A stretch of 56,550 nt of DNA, taken from Nemertoderma westbladi (taxonomy: Eukaryota > Animalia > Xenacoelomorpha). Position numbers and translations under genes: made by a program. The DNA lies in assembly GCA_032718475.1 (NCBI GenBank), contig JAUCBJ010004904.1, forward strand, positions 1 to 56,550, read 5' to 3'. The notes below the pieces were generated by a model that made no database searches, was not told the origin of the DNA, and saw only the letters and a list, made by a program, of their open reading frames with translations. Of the stretch, positions 1-10,986 are shown in pieces (the stretch's first letter is position 1; every line of letters starts with the position of its first letter).

Positions 1-40
1 TTTTTTTTTTTTTTTTTTTTTACCTGTCACAGTGTTTATT
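1..40 (-). terminator. Polyadenylation signal plus poly(A) tail of the CRE-like element
   Basis: tttatt at 35-40 reads AATAAA on the minus strand, about 14 nt before the A-tail. Confidence 0.75.
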
Positions 41-202
41 ACCATTGTATACAATCCAATAAATGGCACAATTTACCTCAATTAACACCTTCTTATATAA
101 AACCGAACACCAAACAAATATATAGCATCCCAGAACCTAAAGTTAGTTATTCTAATAATGCCCGAAATGGCGGTTAGACTATGTAGTACAGTAGAGTTTA
201 AT

Positions 203-3200
203 CTACCACCCGTCTATACGTGCCTCCGCCACAGCTGAGCTGATGCCGGTCTCCCTCAAGCTACGCGAGTTCAACTTTGCCCTTGAACTCCGTGCGCCTC
301 TCAAGCACATTATTGATGCCCGTAGTAGGGCAAAACTAAGTCGGGCTCTGATAAATGCCAGAGTGGTGGAATAGGGGCTTTCGCGCTTTGTCGAGAGAAG
401 CAACGCGATTCTGTTTAGCAGCGCATGCGATGCTCTGCTTGCTCCGCCAGTTGTAGCCATAATGAATGGCGAAAAGCCAGCATGCTCGATCTCGTTAATT
501 CTTTGTTCATATTTTCTTCGCTTTTCTCGCTCGTGTTTGTTATACGAAGCATCGATAGAGCGTGGGTTTGACGAGCATAAAGGGTTAAAGACTTTTATGT
601 CCACAAACACACGTTCGAAACGACCACCCCAGAGCCCGCTTGCAGCCACATCTAGTCTGGCGTCGGTGTCTGTGGTGGTGCTGTCTAGTCTGAATGCTTC
701 ACCTTCCACGGGTTGGAGGTGTGGCTCAATCTCCACATCGTGCGCCACCTCTACCAGTAGCTCGCCGAGGAAATCACGTACCTCATTATGTCTTATTATT
801 GGATAGGCACCCGTTGGACAGTGCAGTGAGTGCGTAACTGTGAAACTAGCACCACAGACACAGGTAGTTGGGAGCTTTGGTGGCTGCCACCCATACCGCA
901 AGCACAGCGCATCCCGGAAGGCGGTTTTATGTAGGGAAAAGCTGTACTTGGGTAAGGGCAGTGCTGTGAGCCACGCAGAGGCCCCACGTTCCTTTGCTAG
1001 CCTGCAGTGGTAACGCGAATTGTCAGATAACTGTTGATCGACAGCTGCGACTTTCTGTTTGACCCGTACTTCCTGTTCCTTGTGAATCTCCTTTAAGATA
1101 GTCTGCTGACTGGAGCGGGGATTAGAATTGGAATTTTGAAGCGGTTCGCAGAGCCGTATCGAATTACTGTAGCTGTCTACGTGGTCGTCGGGTTTATTGA
1201 TAGCTAAACCCCCCTCTCTAACCGGAAGAGGAAGTAGATCTCTTTCTATTGTGCCTGGGGCAGACCTGCCAGTGAGCGTTGGTATTAATTCGTTATTAAC
1301 ACATTCTTCCACCTTATCGAGGTGTTTAACGAATCCTGGGGTTGTCCGTGCAAGATAGTTCAGTTTTGGTTGCATCCCTCGGATTAAGCACCCGTAGGCG
1401 GGGTGGGGAGCCGTAATTGCTACTCCCTTGAGGTTATTCAACTGTTTACATATCTGATTGACGCGCTGATCTAAGTATTCTGTGCAAAAAGTTTCACTTC
1501 CTATCACTGACCCCAAGACTCTGTGCCCCTCCACCAATTTCACAGGGGTGTCTGCGAATAATTCTGACGCGCGCAAACGATGGGAGTCCTTCACAATTAA
1601 ATACGCCTTGGTGGGGTAGTACCCATATCCCGGCCCAATCGCCACTGCTGCATCCCAATATGAACGCAATGTCTCCAGTGTACCGGCCACATTTCCATCA
1701 TCGGCGTACCATTTATGGATTCCATTGCCCTTGTTAACTTTACCGACACCTACATCAATGTCCTGCATCCCAGTCTCAGCATTAACAACTCCATGGTTCC
1801 CCAGCATTGTTCCCGAAATGCTTGTAGTAGTCCCCTGAACATCCACTTCCTCACTGGCAAGAATGTCCCCTGCACTGCCAATGTTTCCACCCAACGCCAA
1901 AGTGTCGCCTGAACCCAACGGCTGCGGCTGTAGCATTCGAGACATCTTCTTTACCGTATTAGTCCCCTGAACATCCACTCCCTCACTGGCATCAGCAAGG
2001 GTGTCCCCTACCCTGCCAATGTTTCCATCCAACGCCAATGTGTCTCCTGAAACCGATGGCTGCGACTGCAGTATTCGAGACAGCTTCTTTACCATCGGCA
2101 GAGTACCTGAGGCAAACATCGCCAATGCCAACGGGTCCCCCTGTGTAGTCCCTTCCTGAGACATTATCTCGTCATTGTCTACAAAAAGAGATGAGGGCTC
2201 TCGGTATGAGTTCGCAAGGATAGTAAACAATGGCGGACATATTACTTTCGTATTCAACAGTGCCAATTTACGATTTACCACATTAAAGGCGTTTCTCGCG
2301 TCTATAAGCAGAATGGCCTCACATTCTGGTTCTTGGAAATGGGTTCGCAACTCATGAATAGCGTGTTCTATGCCACCATATTGTCCGACACATAACTGGG
2401 TGTTGCCAGCTATTTTCTGAAGGTCCGGTTTAACAAACCTCATTATAACTTTTCCAATTATCCGACGTAACACCTCACCTACCCCAATTGGTCTAATGCC
2501 TGGTTGTTTGTCTAAAGGTACCAAGCGACAGGCATTATATGGGGCCAAGCTTTCTGGGTCCATGTGCTCTGTGGCCAACCGCCGTGCCACTCCAGCAACT
2601 GCCTTTCTCAGATCGTTTGAAATTGCGCCAAAAGCAGTCAGTGCTCGTCTCCAACCATCCGCATCTAGACCGGAGGGACCCGCAGAACCCTCTGTGTGAG
2701 TGGCTGCCAATAGAATCAGCTCCCCACTAACCGCATCAAAAATCACAGGATGATACTCCATGCTGTCATCCCAGTTGCGTTCTATGAGAGATGTATCCAA
2801 GGTGCCGGGCTGTGGGTGTTTCTCTATTAGGATATCCTTTACTGTCTTATCTCCAATTTTATCATTGAGCCCAAGCACGGAGCCCCCAGAGCCGTCATCT
2901 AATATGTCCACTGCAGCAGCCACACGCCCATTGTTCATCAACGCGATAAACCGTTTTCTCACTTTGTCCGAGCTCTCCTTGCTTACGTTTCCAGTTGCTA
3001 TTCTACGAGCGTGTATGGCCCTGCCCTCCTGTAACAGCTCTTCCAAATTTCCAGCCTTCCAGAGTTCCAATCTCCGGGATAGTGTCTGACTAACGCTACA
3101 ATACGTTTCTGTGGACCGTACCGCAGCCTGTAATATCAGCTTTGGCATTACCATAATGGCCCACATTGCGATACCTTCCAAACTCGATTTCTCACTAAAG

Positions 3201-4546
3201 GCCTTTAGCAGTTTAGTCAGGGTGTTCACGAACTCGCGACCCACCTGTGTCCTGGGAATCTCGAACAGAGCACAATTCCAATGTACGATCTCTTGATAGG
3301 CTGCCGTAAGGTGTCTGGAATAAACCTCTCCGGGAATCCCATTCCACGTGAATGCGAAAGTGCGTGGTTGAAATTCTGGAAGTGCTATCAAGCCCGGCCT
3401 CGGGTTTGGTTCATTTATATTAGGAATCACTGTTGCATTCAAAAGTCCCAACCCCTCCAAACTGGTGAGGCTGTCATCGTCCGATTTTGTTTCGACTCCA
3501 TTATTCAAACAGTTCATCCTTGTCAAAGGTAAACAGTGCGTGCATGTGCGATTACGGTTGGCACAACGACAGTTTGAGCAGTCCCCAACCAATGTGCATT
3601 TACAGCATTTTTCAATAGTGGCACCGTGTAAAAGTCTGCCAGACACAATGGCGCCATTCCCAACTCCGCCCGTCGTAGTGGTGCCGTTCCCAACCCCGCC
3701 AGTCGTAGAGGCGCCGTTCCCAACCCCGCCAGTCGTAGTGGTGCCGTTCCCAACCCCGCCAGTCGTAGAGGCGCCGTTCCCAACCCCGCCAGTCGTAGTG
3801 GCGCCGTTCCCAACTCTGCCAGTCGTAGTGGTGCAGTTCCCAACCCCGCGAGTCGTAGTGGCGCTGTCCCCAACTCCGCCAGTCGTAGTGGCGCCATCCC
3901 CAACCCCACCAGTCATAGTGGCGCCGTTCCCGACCCCGCCAGTCGTAGTGGTGCCGTTCCCAAATCCGCCAGTCGTAGTGGCGCCGTTCCCAACTCCGCC
4001 AGTCGTAGTGGCGCCATTCCCAACTCCGCCAGTCGTAGTGTCGCCGTTCCCAAACCCGCCAGTCGTAGCGGCGCATTTCCCAACTCCGCCAATCGTAGTG
4101 GCGCCGTTCCCGACTCCGCCAGTCATAGTGGCGCCGTTCCCAACTCCGCCAGTCATAGTGGCGCCGTTCCCAACTCCGCCAGTCGTAGTGTCGCCGTTCC
4201 CAAACCCGCCAGTCGTAGTGGCGCCGTTCCCGACTCCGCCAGTCATAGTGGCGCCGTTCCCAACTCCGCCAGTCATAGTGGCGCCGTTCCCAACTCCGCC
4301 AGTCGTAGTGTCGCCGTTCCCAAACCCGCCAGTCGTAGCGGCGCATTTCCCAACTCCGCCAATCGTAGTGGCGCCGTTCCCGACTCCGCCAGTCATAGTG
4401 GCGCCGTTCCCAACTCCGCCAGTCATAGTGGCGCCGTTCCCAACTCCGCCAGTCGTAGTGTCGCCGTTCCCAAACCCGCCAGTCGTAGTGGCGCCGTTCC
4501 CGACTCCGCCAGTCATAGTGGCGCCGTTCCCAACTCCGCCAGTCAT
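203..4546 (-). CDS. Retrotransposon polyprotein: Gly/Thr repeat, Cys-rich motif, reverse transcriptase, CCHC knuckle, PD-(D/E)xK endonuclease
   Basis: Motifs: CCKC..C.NCRC..C..CLP; GPSGLD; KQPGIRPIGVGEVLRR; LIDARNAFN; QGDPL; WYADD; CVCG..HSLHC; IIRHNEVRD; RLDV..VDIKV..EKRRKY. The start codon is uncertain because several ATGs lie within the array. Confidence 0.9.
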   Translation of the reverse strand: MTGGVGNGATMTGGVGNGATTTGGFGNGDTTTGGVGNGATMTGGVGNGATMTGGVGNGATTIGGVGKCAATTGGFGNGDTTTGGVGNGATMTGGVGNGATMTGGVGNGATTTGGFGNGDTTTGGVGNGATMTGGVGNGATMTGGVGNGATTIGGVGKCAATTGGFGNGDTTTGGVGNGATTTGGVGNGATTTGGFGNGTTTTGGVGNGATMTGGVGDGATTTGGVGDSATTTRGVGNCTTTTGRVGNGATTTGGVGNGASTTGGVGNGTTTTGGVGNGASTTGGVGNGTTTTGGVGNGAIVSGRLLHGATIEKCCKCTLVGDCSNCRCANRNRTCTHCLPLTRMNCLNNGVETKSDDDSLTSLEGLGLLNATVIPNINEPNPRPGLIALPEFQPRTFAFTWNGIPGEVYSRHLTAAYQEIVHWNCALFEIPRTQVGREFVNTLTKLLKAFSEKSSLEGIAMWAIMVMPKLILQAAVRSTETYCSVSQTLSRRLELWKAGNLEELLQEGRAIHARRIATGNVSKESSDKVRKRFIALMNNGRVAAAVDILDDGSGGSVLGLNDKIGDKTVKDILIEKHPQPGTLDTSLIERNWDDSMEYHPVIFDAVSGELILLAATHTEGSAGPSGLDADGWRRALTAFGAISNDLRKAVAGVARRLATEHMDPESLAPYNACRLVPLDKQPGIRPIGVGEVLRRIIGKVIMRFVKPDLQKIAGNTQLCVGQYGGIEHAIHELRTHFQEPECEAILLIDARNAFNVVNRKLALLNTKVICPPLFTILANSYREPSSLFVDNDEIMSQEGTTQGDPLALAMFASGTLPMVKKLSRILQSQPSVSGDTLALDGNIGRVGDTLADASEGVDVQGTNTVKKMSRMLQPQPLGSGDTLALGGNIGSAGDILASEEVDVQGTTTSISGTMLGNHGVVNAETGMQDIDVGVGKVNKGNGIHKWYADDGNVAGTLETLRSYWDAAVAIGPGYGYYPTKAYLIVKDSHRLRASELFADTPVKLVEGHRVLGSVIGSETFCTEYLDQRVNQICKQLNNLKGVAITAPHPAYGCLIRGMQPKLNYLARTTPGFVKHLDKVEECVNNELIPTLTGRSAPGTIERDLLPLPVREGGLAINKPDDHVDSYSNSIRLCEPLQNSNSNPRSSQQTILKEIHKEQEVRVKQKVAAVDQQLSDNSRYHCRLAKERGASAWLTALPLPKYSFSLHKTAFRDALCLRYGWQPPKLPTTCVCGASFTVTHSLHCPTGAYPIIRHNEVRDFLGELLVEVAHDVEIEPHLQPVEGEAFRLDSTTTDTDARLDVAASGLWGGRFERVFVDIKVFNPLCSSNPRSIDASYNKHEREKRRKYEQRINEIEHAGFSPFIMATTGGASRASHALLNRIALLLSTKRESPYSTTLAFIRARLSFALLRASIMCLRGARSSRAKLNSRSLRETGISSAVAEARIDGW

Positions 4547-4691
4547 AGTGGCGCCGTTCCCAACTCCGCCAGTCGTAGTGACACCGTTCCCGACCCCGCC
4601 AGTCGTAGTGGCCCCGTTCCCGGCCCCGCCAGTCGTAGTGGCGCCGTTCCCGACCCCGCCAGTCGTAGTGGCGCCGTCCCCAACTCCGCCA
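3652..4691. repeat. 30-bp minisatellite (~35 units) with a 270-bp higher-order repeat
   Basis: Unit ccaactccgccagtcgtagtggcgccgttc. Rare variants gcgcatttcc (4071, 4341) and aatcgtagtg (4091, 4361) recur 270 bp apart. Confidence 0.97.
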
Positions 4692-5101
4692 GACGTAGGT
4701 TTTTATTTTGTCATCAATTTTGTCATTAAGCGGAACATATTTTAATGATGCGGGACATAATCGAAAATTAAAAAATAAAATGATATTTAACATAAATTGT
4801 CACAATAAATTGACATAAAAAATTTGAAATTTTGTGACAAATTGAAGCAGTGAGATTAAAATTATGACTACAAATTTTTACAATAATTATGTTCTACAAA
4901 TTATCCAATTATTATATTGTAGCATTCAATAAACTATCAAGGGTATTGATGGTATGGTAATCACCTGGAATACTGCCAAACATGGAACTGTTCAAACATA
5001 GAGCAACCACAGATATGGCGATCATAAGTCAGAATAATACTTTACGAAATATAGGCCTACATGTTATTTTATTTAATGTGTTTCAGGGCATAACATTTTC
5101 C

Positions 5102-5518
5102 ATGGAAACACCGAAAGCGCCTCTGATAGAAGATGACCCCCCACCCCCTTACGAGCAGCACCAGTCTACATACGGATCTGTTGACGCCCATAATCCTTCG
5201 ACGCACAACGCAGAGGGGCCCAAACCCCCACCCGAGTACCCACTAAGTAGAGGGCCCCAACCCACCCCTCCATATCCATCGCACACTCTGTGCAGACTTG
5301 GTCCGGGTTCGGTTGTGGTCACATGCGGTGTCTGCGGCGAGACTGCGCCCACTGTATGCGACGAACGTATTGGCCTCTGTATGGGTCTCGTCGTTTTTTT
5401 TTGTTTTTTCATCGTCAATGTTTTCGCTTTGTTATGCTTGTGTGTCCGGGATCTCAAAGACATTCAGCATAAGTGTGGATTCTGTGGTGCTACCGTCGGC
5501 ATTTATAAAAGATTGTAA
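5102..5518 (+). CDS. LITAF: LITAF/SIMPLE-like zinc-ribbon membrane protein (138 aa)
   Basis: Pro-rich N-terminus with PPPPY, PPEY and TPPY, then CGVC - hydrophobic helix - HKCGFC..VGIYKRL. A splice-acceptor-like tttcag ending at 5086 favours ATG 5102 over the ORF-track start at 4982. Confidence 0.88.
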   Translation: METPKAPLIEDDPPPPYEQHQSTYGSVDAHNPSTHNAEGPKPPPEYPLSRGPQPTPPYPSHTLCRLGPGSVVVTCGVCGETAPTVCDERIGLCMGLVVFFCFFIVNVFALLCLCVRDLKDIQHKCGFCGATVGIYKRL

Positions 5519-5875
5519 AAAGTTTCCAATAATAGAAAACATTATTTTATTGACCTATCCTACGCAGTGGTTCATTCTTAATTTATTACATAAAGTTTTG
5601 GTTATTTATTAGACCCGACCCGTCCCGTATAGTCATTCAGAATTTGTTAGATATATGACATTCTTGCAACGCAAGCATTCTAATGATATAAACCCACTAA
5701 TATAAGAATGGGAGCGGTGCAATATGTAAAATATATATATTATTTTTACTAGAAACGCAACGCAAGCGTTGCGGTAAGGAGCCCTTTTTACCGAGTTTGA
5801 AGACCCTGAAATTGATATGGTTTTTTTGTATATGTTCAGTTTGTTTACCGTCGATTGGATCAACATTTCGGAATA

Positions 5876-6068
<193 letters not shown>

Positions 6069-6085
6069 AGGTGAACTGGTTCAAA

Positions 6086-6181
6086 CAGGGGACAATTGCA
6101 TGAATACACAGCGACAAACCGGGGACGATCTACAATCCGGGGACGTCCCCGGAATGAAATGATATCAAAAATGGAATCTAC
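6086..6181 (+). repeat. Dispersed repeat, copy 1 (probable DNA-transposon end with GGGGAC subrepeats)
   Basis: Matches 11909-12003 (ggggacaattgcatgaatacaca...ccggggacgtccccggaatgaa). Confidence 0.7.
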
Positions 6182-6949
6182 GTACTAAAATTAATGGATT
6201 CTGAAAATTTCAGTTCATTTCGGCGATGTCCCCTGTTCCACCCAAACCTGTCAAATACGTGTGTAAATTTGTGTTTGAGTTTTGAAAATTTCACTGACCC
6301 CAGTATAATGCGATAGTTTCAAGTGTCCCCTTTTCCATACAGTTAATATAACATTCCAAACACACGTTGTAGTATGGGTGCTGTTGTTCAATGTGGGGAC
6401 TGGAATCTACAATGTAATTAATATGTTGTGATCTAATTTAACATTTTGACCAAACGCAGCAGTATGTGTGGTATGGTTCAAAATGGGGACTAGGAATTCA
6501 TTGTCACCTAAAAAGTAGAGATTAATTTTAAGTAAGTAGAATATATATGTCGAATGTGCCAATTTGGAAATCAAATACTTTAGTAATCGTGTTTTAAAGC
6601 AGAATGGCGCCCGAATCGCTCGAATATATAATTTTATGACAAATTTTCCTGATAAACAACTTGATATACATTTGCAATATACAATTGAAAGTGGTTCATG
6701 AAGGACATTCATTAAGAACGTTACGTTTCGTTTTCTTGCTATAAATTGTATAAGCGGATTCTGACTCAAATTCAAATTCAGTTACTTGGAAATACATCCA
6801 TATCATCTTTACCAGAAACATTTTCCGAATTACTATCAGAATTGCATAGATTGTTTTTATCTTCTTGAGAATCACCACAGACCATGTCACAGTTACTCAA
6901 TGCCGGATAAATAAGTCATGCCATGAACGCATGGTTTGCATAACAATAA

Positions 6950-8920
6950 CTACTACTACTAGGATCGGCATGCTGCATTGCAGCTGCATTTTTAAGAATG
7001 CTGTGCCGGCTTATCGTCAAAATTGCACCGCCACAACTCCCTATCACCCATGACATTTGCTAGATCATCCGCATCCAGTGTCCTTTAAGATGCGTCTCAA
7101 GAAAGTCATGGGCTGTCCACCATGCTTATTCACTCAATGAGGCTGCCAAAGTACAAGATTATGCACTGGCTGGTCCTCACGGCGAAAGCAATGTCCTGCA
7201 AAGCGGAGGCAATTTTGTTCTAGTTTCAAGCTTGGGGGAACCAATGAGACACCTCCTTTATATAGTGTCTGGTTGGAGATGTGTGCATTGTACTTGACAC
7301 AATGAACCCGGCGTAGCATTCTTGTGAATGTGCCATCCAGAGATTTGGTGTCCTCAGCAGTTAGAGCCCAGCATGGACTCCCATAGAGGAGTACTGGAAC
7401 TACTGCTGCTCTAAATAATCGGACCTTAAGTGTCCGATTAATTCTCGTTCACCTCCAAATCCTGGAAAGCCTATTCAAGGCTGCCCATGCCTTTCCCTTA
7501 CATATTCGAAGGTCCTCACCTGACTTCCGGATCCATGATCTCATGTAACAGAAGTCATCCACATGCTCAAGCATAGTATCTTTGAGCTTATGCTCATCCG
7601 ATCAGAGACTTGCTGAGGACTTTCAAAGTTAACTGTCAAAATTTTGGTCTTTCTGGAGTTAATAAAAAGACCAACACTAGAAGCAGCATGTTCTAATGAC
7701 CTGAGGAGCCGTTGGGCTCCCTCTAGTGATTCTGAGAGTACTCCTAAGTCATCAGCAAAGTCTAGATTAGTTAGGTACTTGGCAGGATTTCCTCGACTTA
7801 TGGAGGCAGTAGGTGGAGTTATCATCACCCTATCATCATTATGATGATCTAAGGACATGCGTAGAACATAGTCAACAACAATTATGAACAAGAATGGTGC
7901 AAGTGTGCCTCCCTGGAGGACGCCCCATAACACTTCAAATGGTTCTGTCACCGTCAACAGTAGACACAAATGTTGTCGAACCATCGTATACTGATCTTAT
8001 TGCTGCAATAATTTCATCAGGAATCCCATATAATGAAAGTATGCTGAACATACGTGAGCGAGAGACTGAATCAAAGGCCTTGGGAAGAAGTCAACAAAGA
8101 TAACAGCCAGATGCCTTTCTTTCTTTTTTGATAACTCTTCAATTATCCTTCTAAGTGCCAAAATGGGCTCCATGGTCCCACGACCTTTACGGAACACATT
8201 CTGATTTCCACGGAGCAGTCTCTCAATGGGATCCCTGATGCGATTTAATATAATTATATTGTATAGCTTTGCAGCAATCGAGATCAATGAGATTCGCCGA
8301 AAAGAAACATAGAGTGTTAGGTTGCCCTTCTTGGGAACTGGCACCAACTTATTTGTTTCCATTTCTTGTGGGACTCTTGTTGTTCGGTACATGTCTACTA
8401 TGATGGGATAGATGAGCTTTAAACACTCAGGTATTTTAAAGACCTCAGGGGGAACACCATCTACTCCACTGGCACGATTGGTCTTAATGCTCTTTGCAGC
8501 AGCCTTCACTTCTGCAAAGGAGATATCACCAATGGGAATATCTGGGAGTACAGACTCATACACTTTTACTTCTATAAAGTTATCAGGCAATACCCTGTCA
8601 TTATTGAGGAGCTTTTCAAAGTGGGCTTTCCAACCATTGAGGCGATCGGCTGGTGATTCAGCCTTAACCTTGGTGGTTGGTTGGCTTTTTCGACCAGCAA
8701 GCAAGTTGATCGATCTCCATGCCTGGGATGATTGCCTGCTGTCGTCAGCATCATTGATGGCATCAACCTGTTGGTTTACTAGCTCCTGTAAATTAACATA
8801 GTACTGCCTGTTCAGTGACCTAGATGCAACCTTAACTGCATTCTTGGCCGCTGTAGTCTGTTTGAGTCGGGACTCTTTCTACGCCTTGTCTTGTAGAGGT
8901 AATAACAACAACAGACGCAG
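6950..8920 (-). pseudogene. 5'-truncated, frameshifted RTE-like LINE (RT and 3' end)
   Basis: ORF pieces at 7997-8704 (PVPKKGNL..FRRISL..NRIR..GRGT), 7541-7984 (GVLQGGTLAPFLF, LDFADD) and 7134-7319 (RFAGHCFR..LVLWQP). C-terminal MGDRELWR near 7030-7052; (TAG)n tail near 6950. Confidence 0.85.
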
Positions 8921-8942
8921 TTAACCTTGCCCCCAATCCCTA

Positions 8943-10984
8943 ACCTCCTCCAACGACCCTGCCCCACCCACTCCTTCAACATCCAACGACCTCGTCCCAC
9001 CCACTCCTTCAACCTCGGACAACCCTGCCTCACCCACTCCTTCAACATCCGACAACCCTGCCCCTCTCACACCTTTAAACTCAGACGACCCTGCCCCAAT
9101 CACTCCTTCGACATCCGACAACCCTGCCCCACTCACTACTTAAAACTCCGACAACCCTGCCCCACCCACTCCTTTAAACTCCGACAACCCTGCCCCAGCC
9201 ACTCCTTTAAACTCCAATGACCCTGCCCCATCCACTCCTTTAAACTCCGACAACCCTGTCCTACTCCCTCCTTTAAACTCCAATGACCTTGCCCCACCCA
9301 CTCCTTCGACATCCGACAACCCTGCCCCACTCACTACTTAAAACTCCGACAACCCTGCCCCACCCACTCCTTTAAACTCCGACAACCCTGCCCCAGCCAC
9401 TCGTTTAAACTCCAATGACCCTGCCCCATCCACTCCTTTAAACTCCGACAACCCTGTCCCACTCACTACTTAAAACTCCGACAACCCTACCCCACCCACT
9501 CCTTTAAAACTCCGACAACCCTGCCCCAGCCACTCCTTTAAACTCCAATGACCCTGCCCCATCCACTCCTTTAAACTCCGACAACCCTGTCCTACTCACT
9601 CCTTTAAACTCCAATGACCCTACCCCACCCACTCCTTCAACTTCCAACGACCCTGCCCCAATCACTCCTTCAACCTCCAACGAGCCTGCGTCACCCACTC
9701 CTTCGACCTCCGACAACCCAACCCCACTCACTCCTTCAACCTCCAACGACCCTGCCCCACCCACTCCTTCAACCTCCAACGACCCTGCCCCACCCACTCC
9801 TTTAAACTCCAATGACCCTGCCCCACCCACTCCTTTAAACTCCGACAACCCAGCCCCACCCACTCCTTCAACCTCCGACAACCCTGCCCCACCCACTCCT
9901 TTAAACTCCGACAACCCAGCCCCACCCACTCCTTCAACCTCCGACAACCCTGCCCCACCCACTCCTTCAACCTCCAACGACCCTGCCCCACCCACTCCTT
10001 CAACCTCCAACGACCCTGCCCCACCCACTCCTTTAAACTCCAATGACCCTGCCCCACCCACTCCTTTAAACTCTGACAACCCAGCCCCACCCACTCCTTC
10101 AACCTCCGACAACCCTGCCCCACCCACTCCTTCAACCTCCAACGACCCTGCCCCACCCACTCCTTCAACCTCCAACGACCCTGCCCCACCCACTCCTTTA
10201 AACTCCAATGACCCTGCCCCACCCACTCCTTTAAACTCCGACAACCCAGCCCCACCCACTCCTTCAACCTCCGACAACCCTGCCCCACCCACTCCTTTAA
10301 ACTCCGACAACCCAGCCCCACCCACTCCTTCAACCTCCGACAACCCTGCCCCACCCACTCCTTCAACCTCCAACGACCCTGCCCCACCCACTCCTTCAAC
10401 CTCCAACGACCCTGCCCCACCCACTCCTTTAAACTCCAATGACCCTGCCCCACCCACTCCTTTAAACTCTGACAACCCAGCCCCACCCACTCCTTCAACC
10501 TCCGACAACCCTGCCCCACCCACTCCTTTAAACTCCGACAACCCAGCCCCAGCCACTCCTTCAACCTCCGACAACCGTGCCCCACCCACTCCTTCAACCT
10601 CCAACGACCCTGCCCCACCCACTCCTTTAAACTCCAATGACCCTGCCCACCCACTCCTTCAACCTTCAACGACCCTGCGCCACCCACTCCTTCAACCTTC
10701 AACGACCCTGCCCCACCCACTCCTTCAACCTTCAACGACCCTGCCCCACTCACTCCTTCAACCTCCGACAACCCTGCCCCACTCACTCCTTTAAACTCCG
10801 ACAACTCTGCCCCACTCACTCCTTTAAACTCCGACGACCCTGCACCACCCCCTCCTTTAAACTCTAATGACCCTGCCCTATCCACACCTTCAACCTCCGA
10901 CAACCCGGCCCCACTCACTCTTTTAAACTCCGACAACCCTGCCCCACCCACTCCTTCAACCTCCGACAACCCTGCCCCACTCAC
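8943..10984. repeat. 33-bp C-rich minisatellite (~60 units)
   Basis: Unit approximately ccacccactccttcaacctccgacaaccctgcc. The rare variant ctctgacaac recurs 396 bp (12 units) apart. Confidence 0.97.
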
Positions 10985-10986
10985 AA

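Larger units (their letters stand above)
1..4702 (-). mobile_element. CRE-clade-like non-LTR retrotransposon (RT + restriction-like endonuclease), apparently intact, with poly(A) tail at the window edge
   Basis: Single uninterrupted ORF; T21 run at 1-21 is a poly(A) tail on the minus strand. The frame is open up to a TAA at 4703-4705. The 5' boundary is approximate and no TSD can be checked because the 3' flank lies outside the window. Confidence 0.85.

Noticed and set aside
1730-2092. RT insert as a spliceosomal intron (ATG|GTAAAG ... AACAAG|GGC would preserve frame)
   Set aside because: There is no polypyrimidine tract, the insert is stop-free and repeat-derived, and a sense intron would be lost on retrotransposition; not fully excluded without RNA data.
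3465-4793. Pro/Val-rich antisense ORF and WER-rich ORF as separate genes
   Set aside because: They are alternative readings of the 30-bp array, with no independent support.
4982-5101. N-terminal 40-aa extension of LITAF
   Set aside because: AT-rich and intron-like, with an acceptor at 5086; ATG 5102 gives a typical LITAF length.
8812-10984. 377-aa and 418-aa repeat ORFs as real genes
   Set aside because: Open frames follow from a 33-bp unit that lacks stops in some frames; frames break at the array edges and no unique domain is attached.
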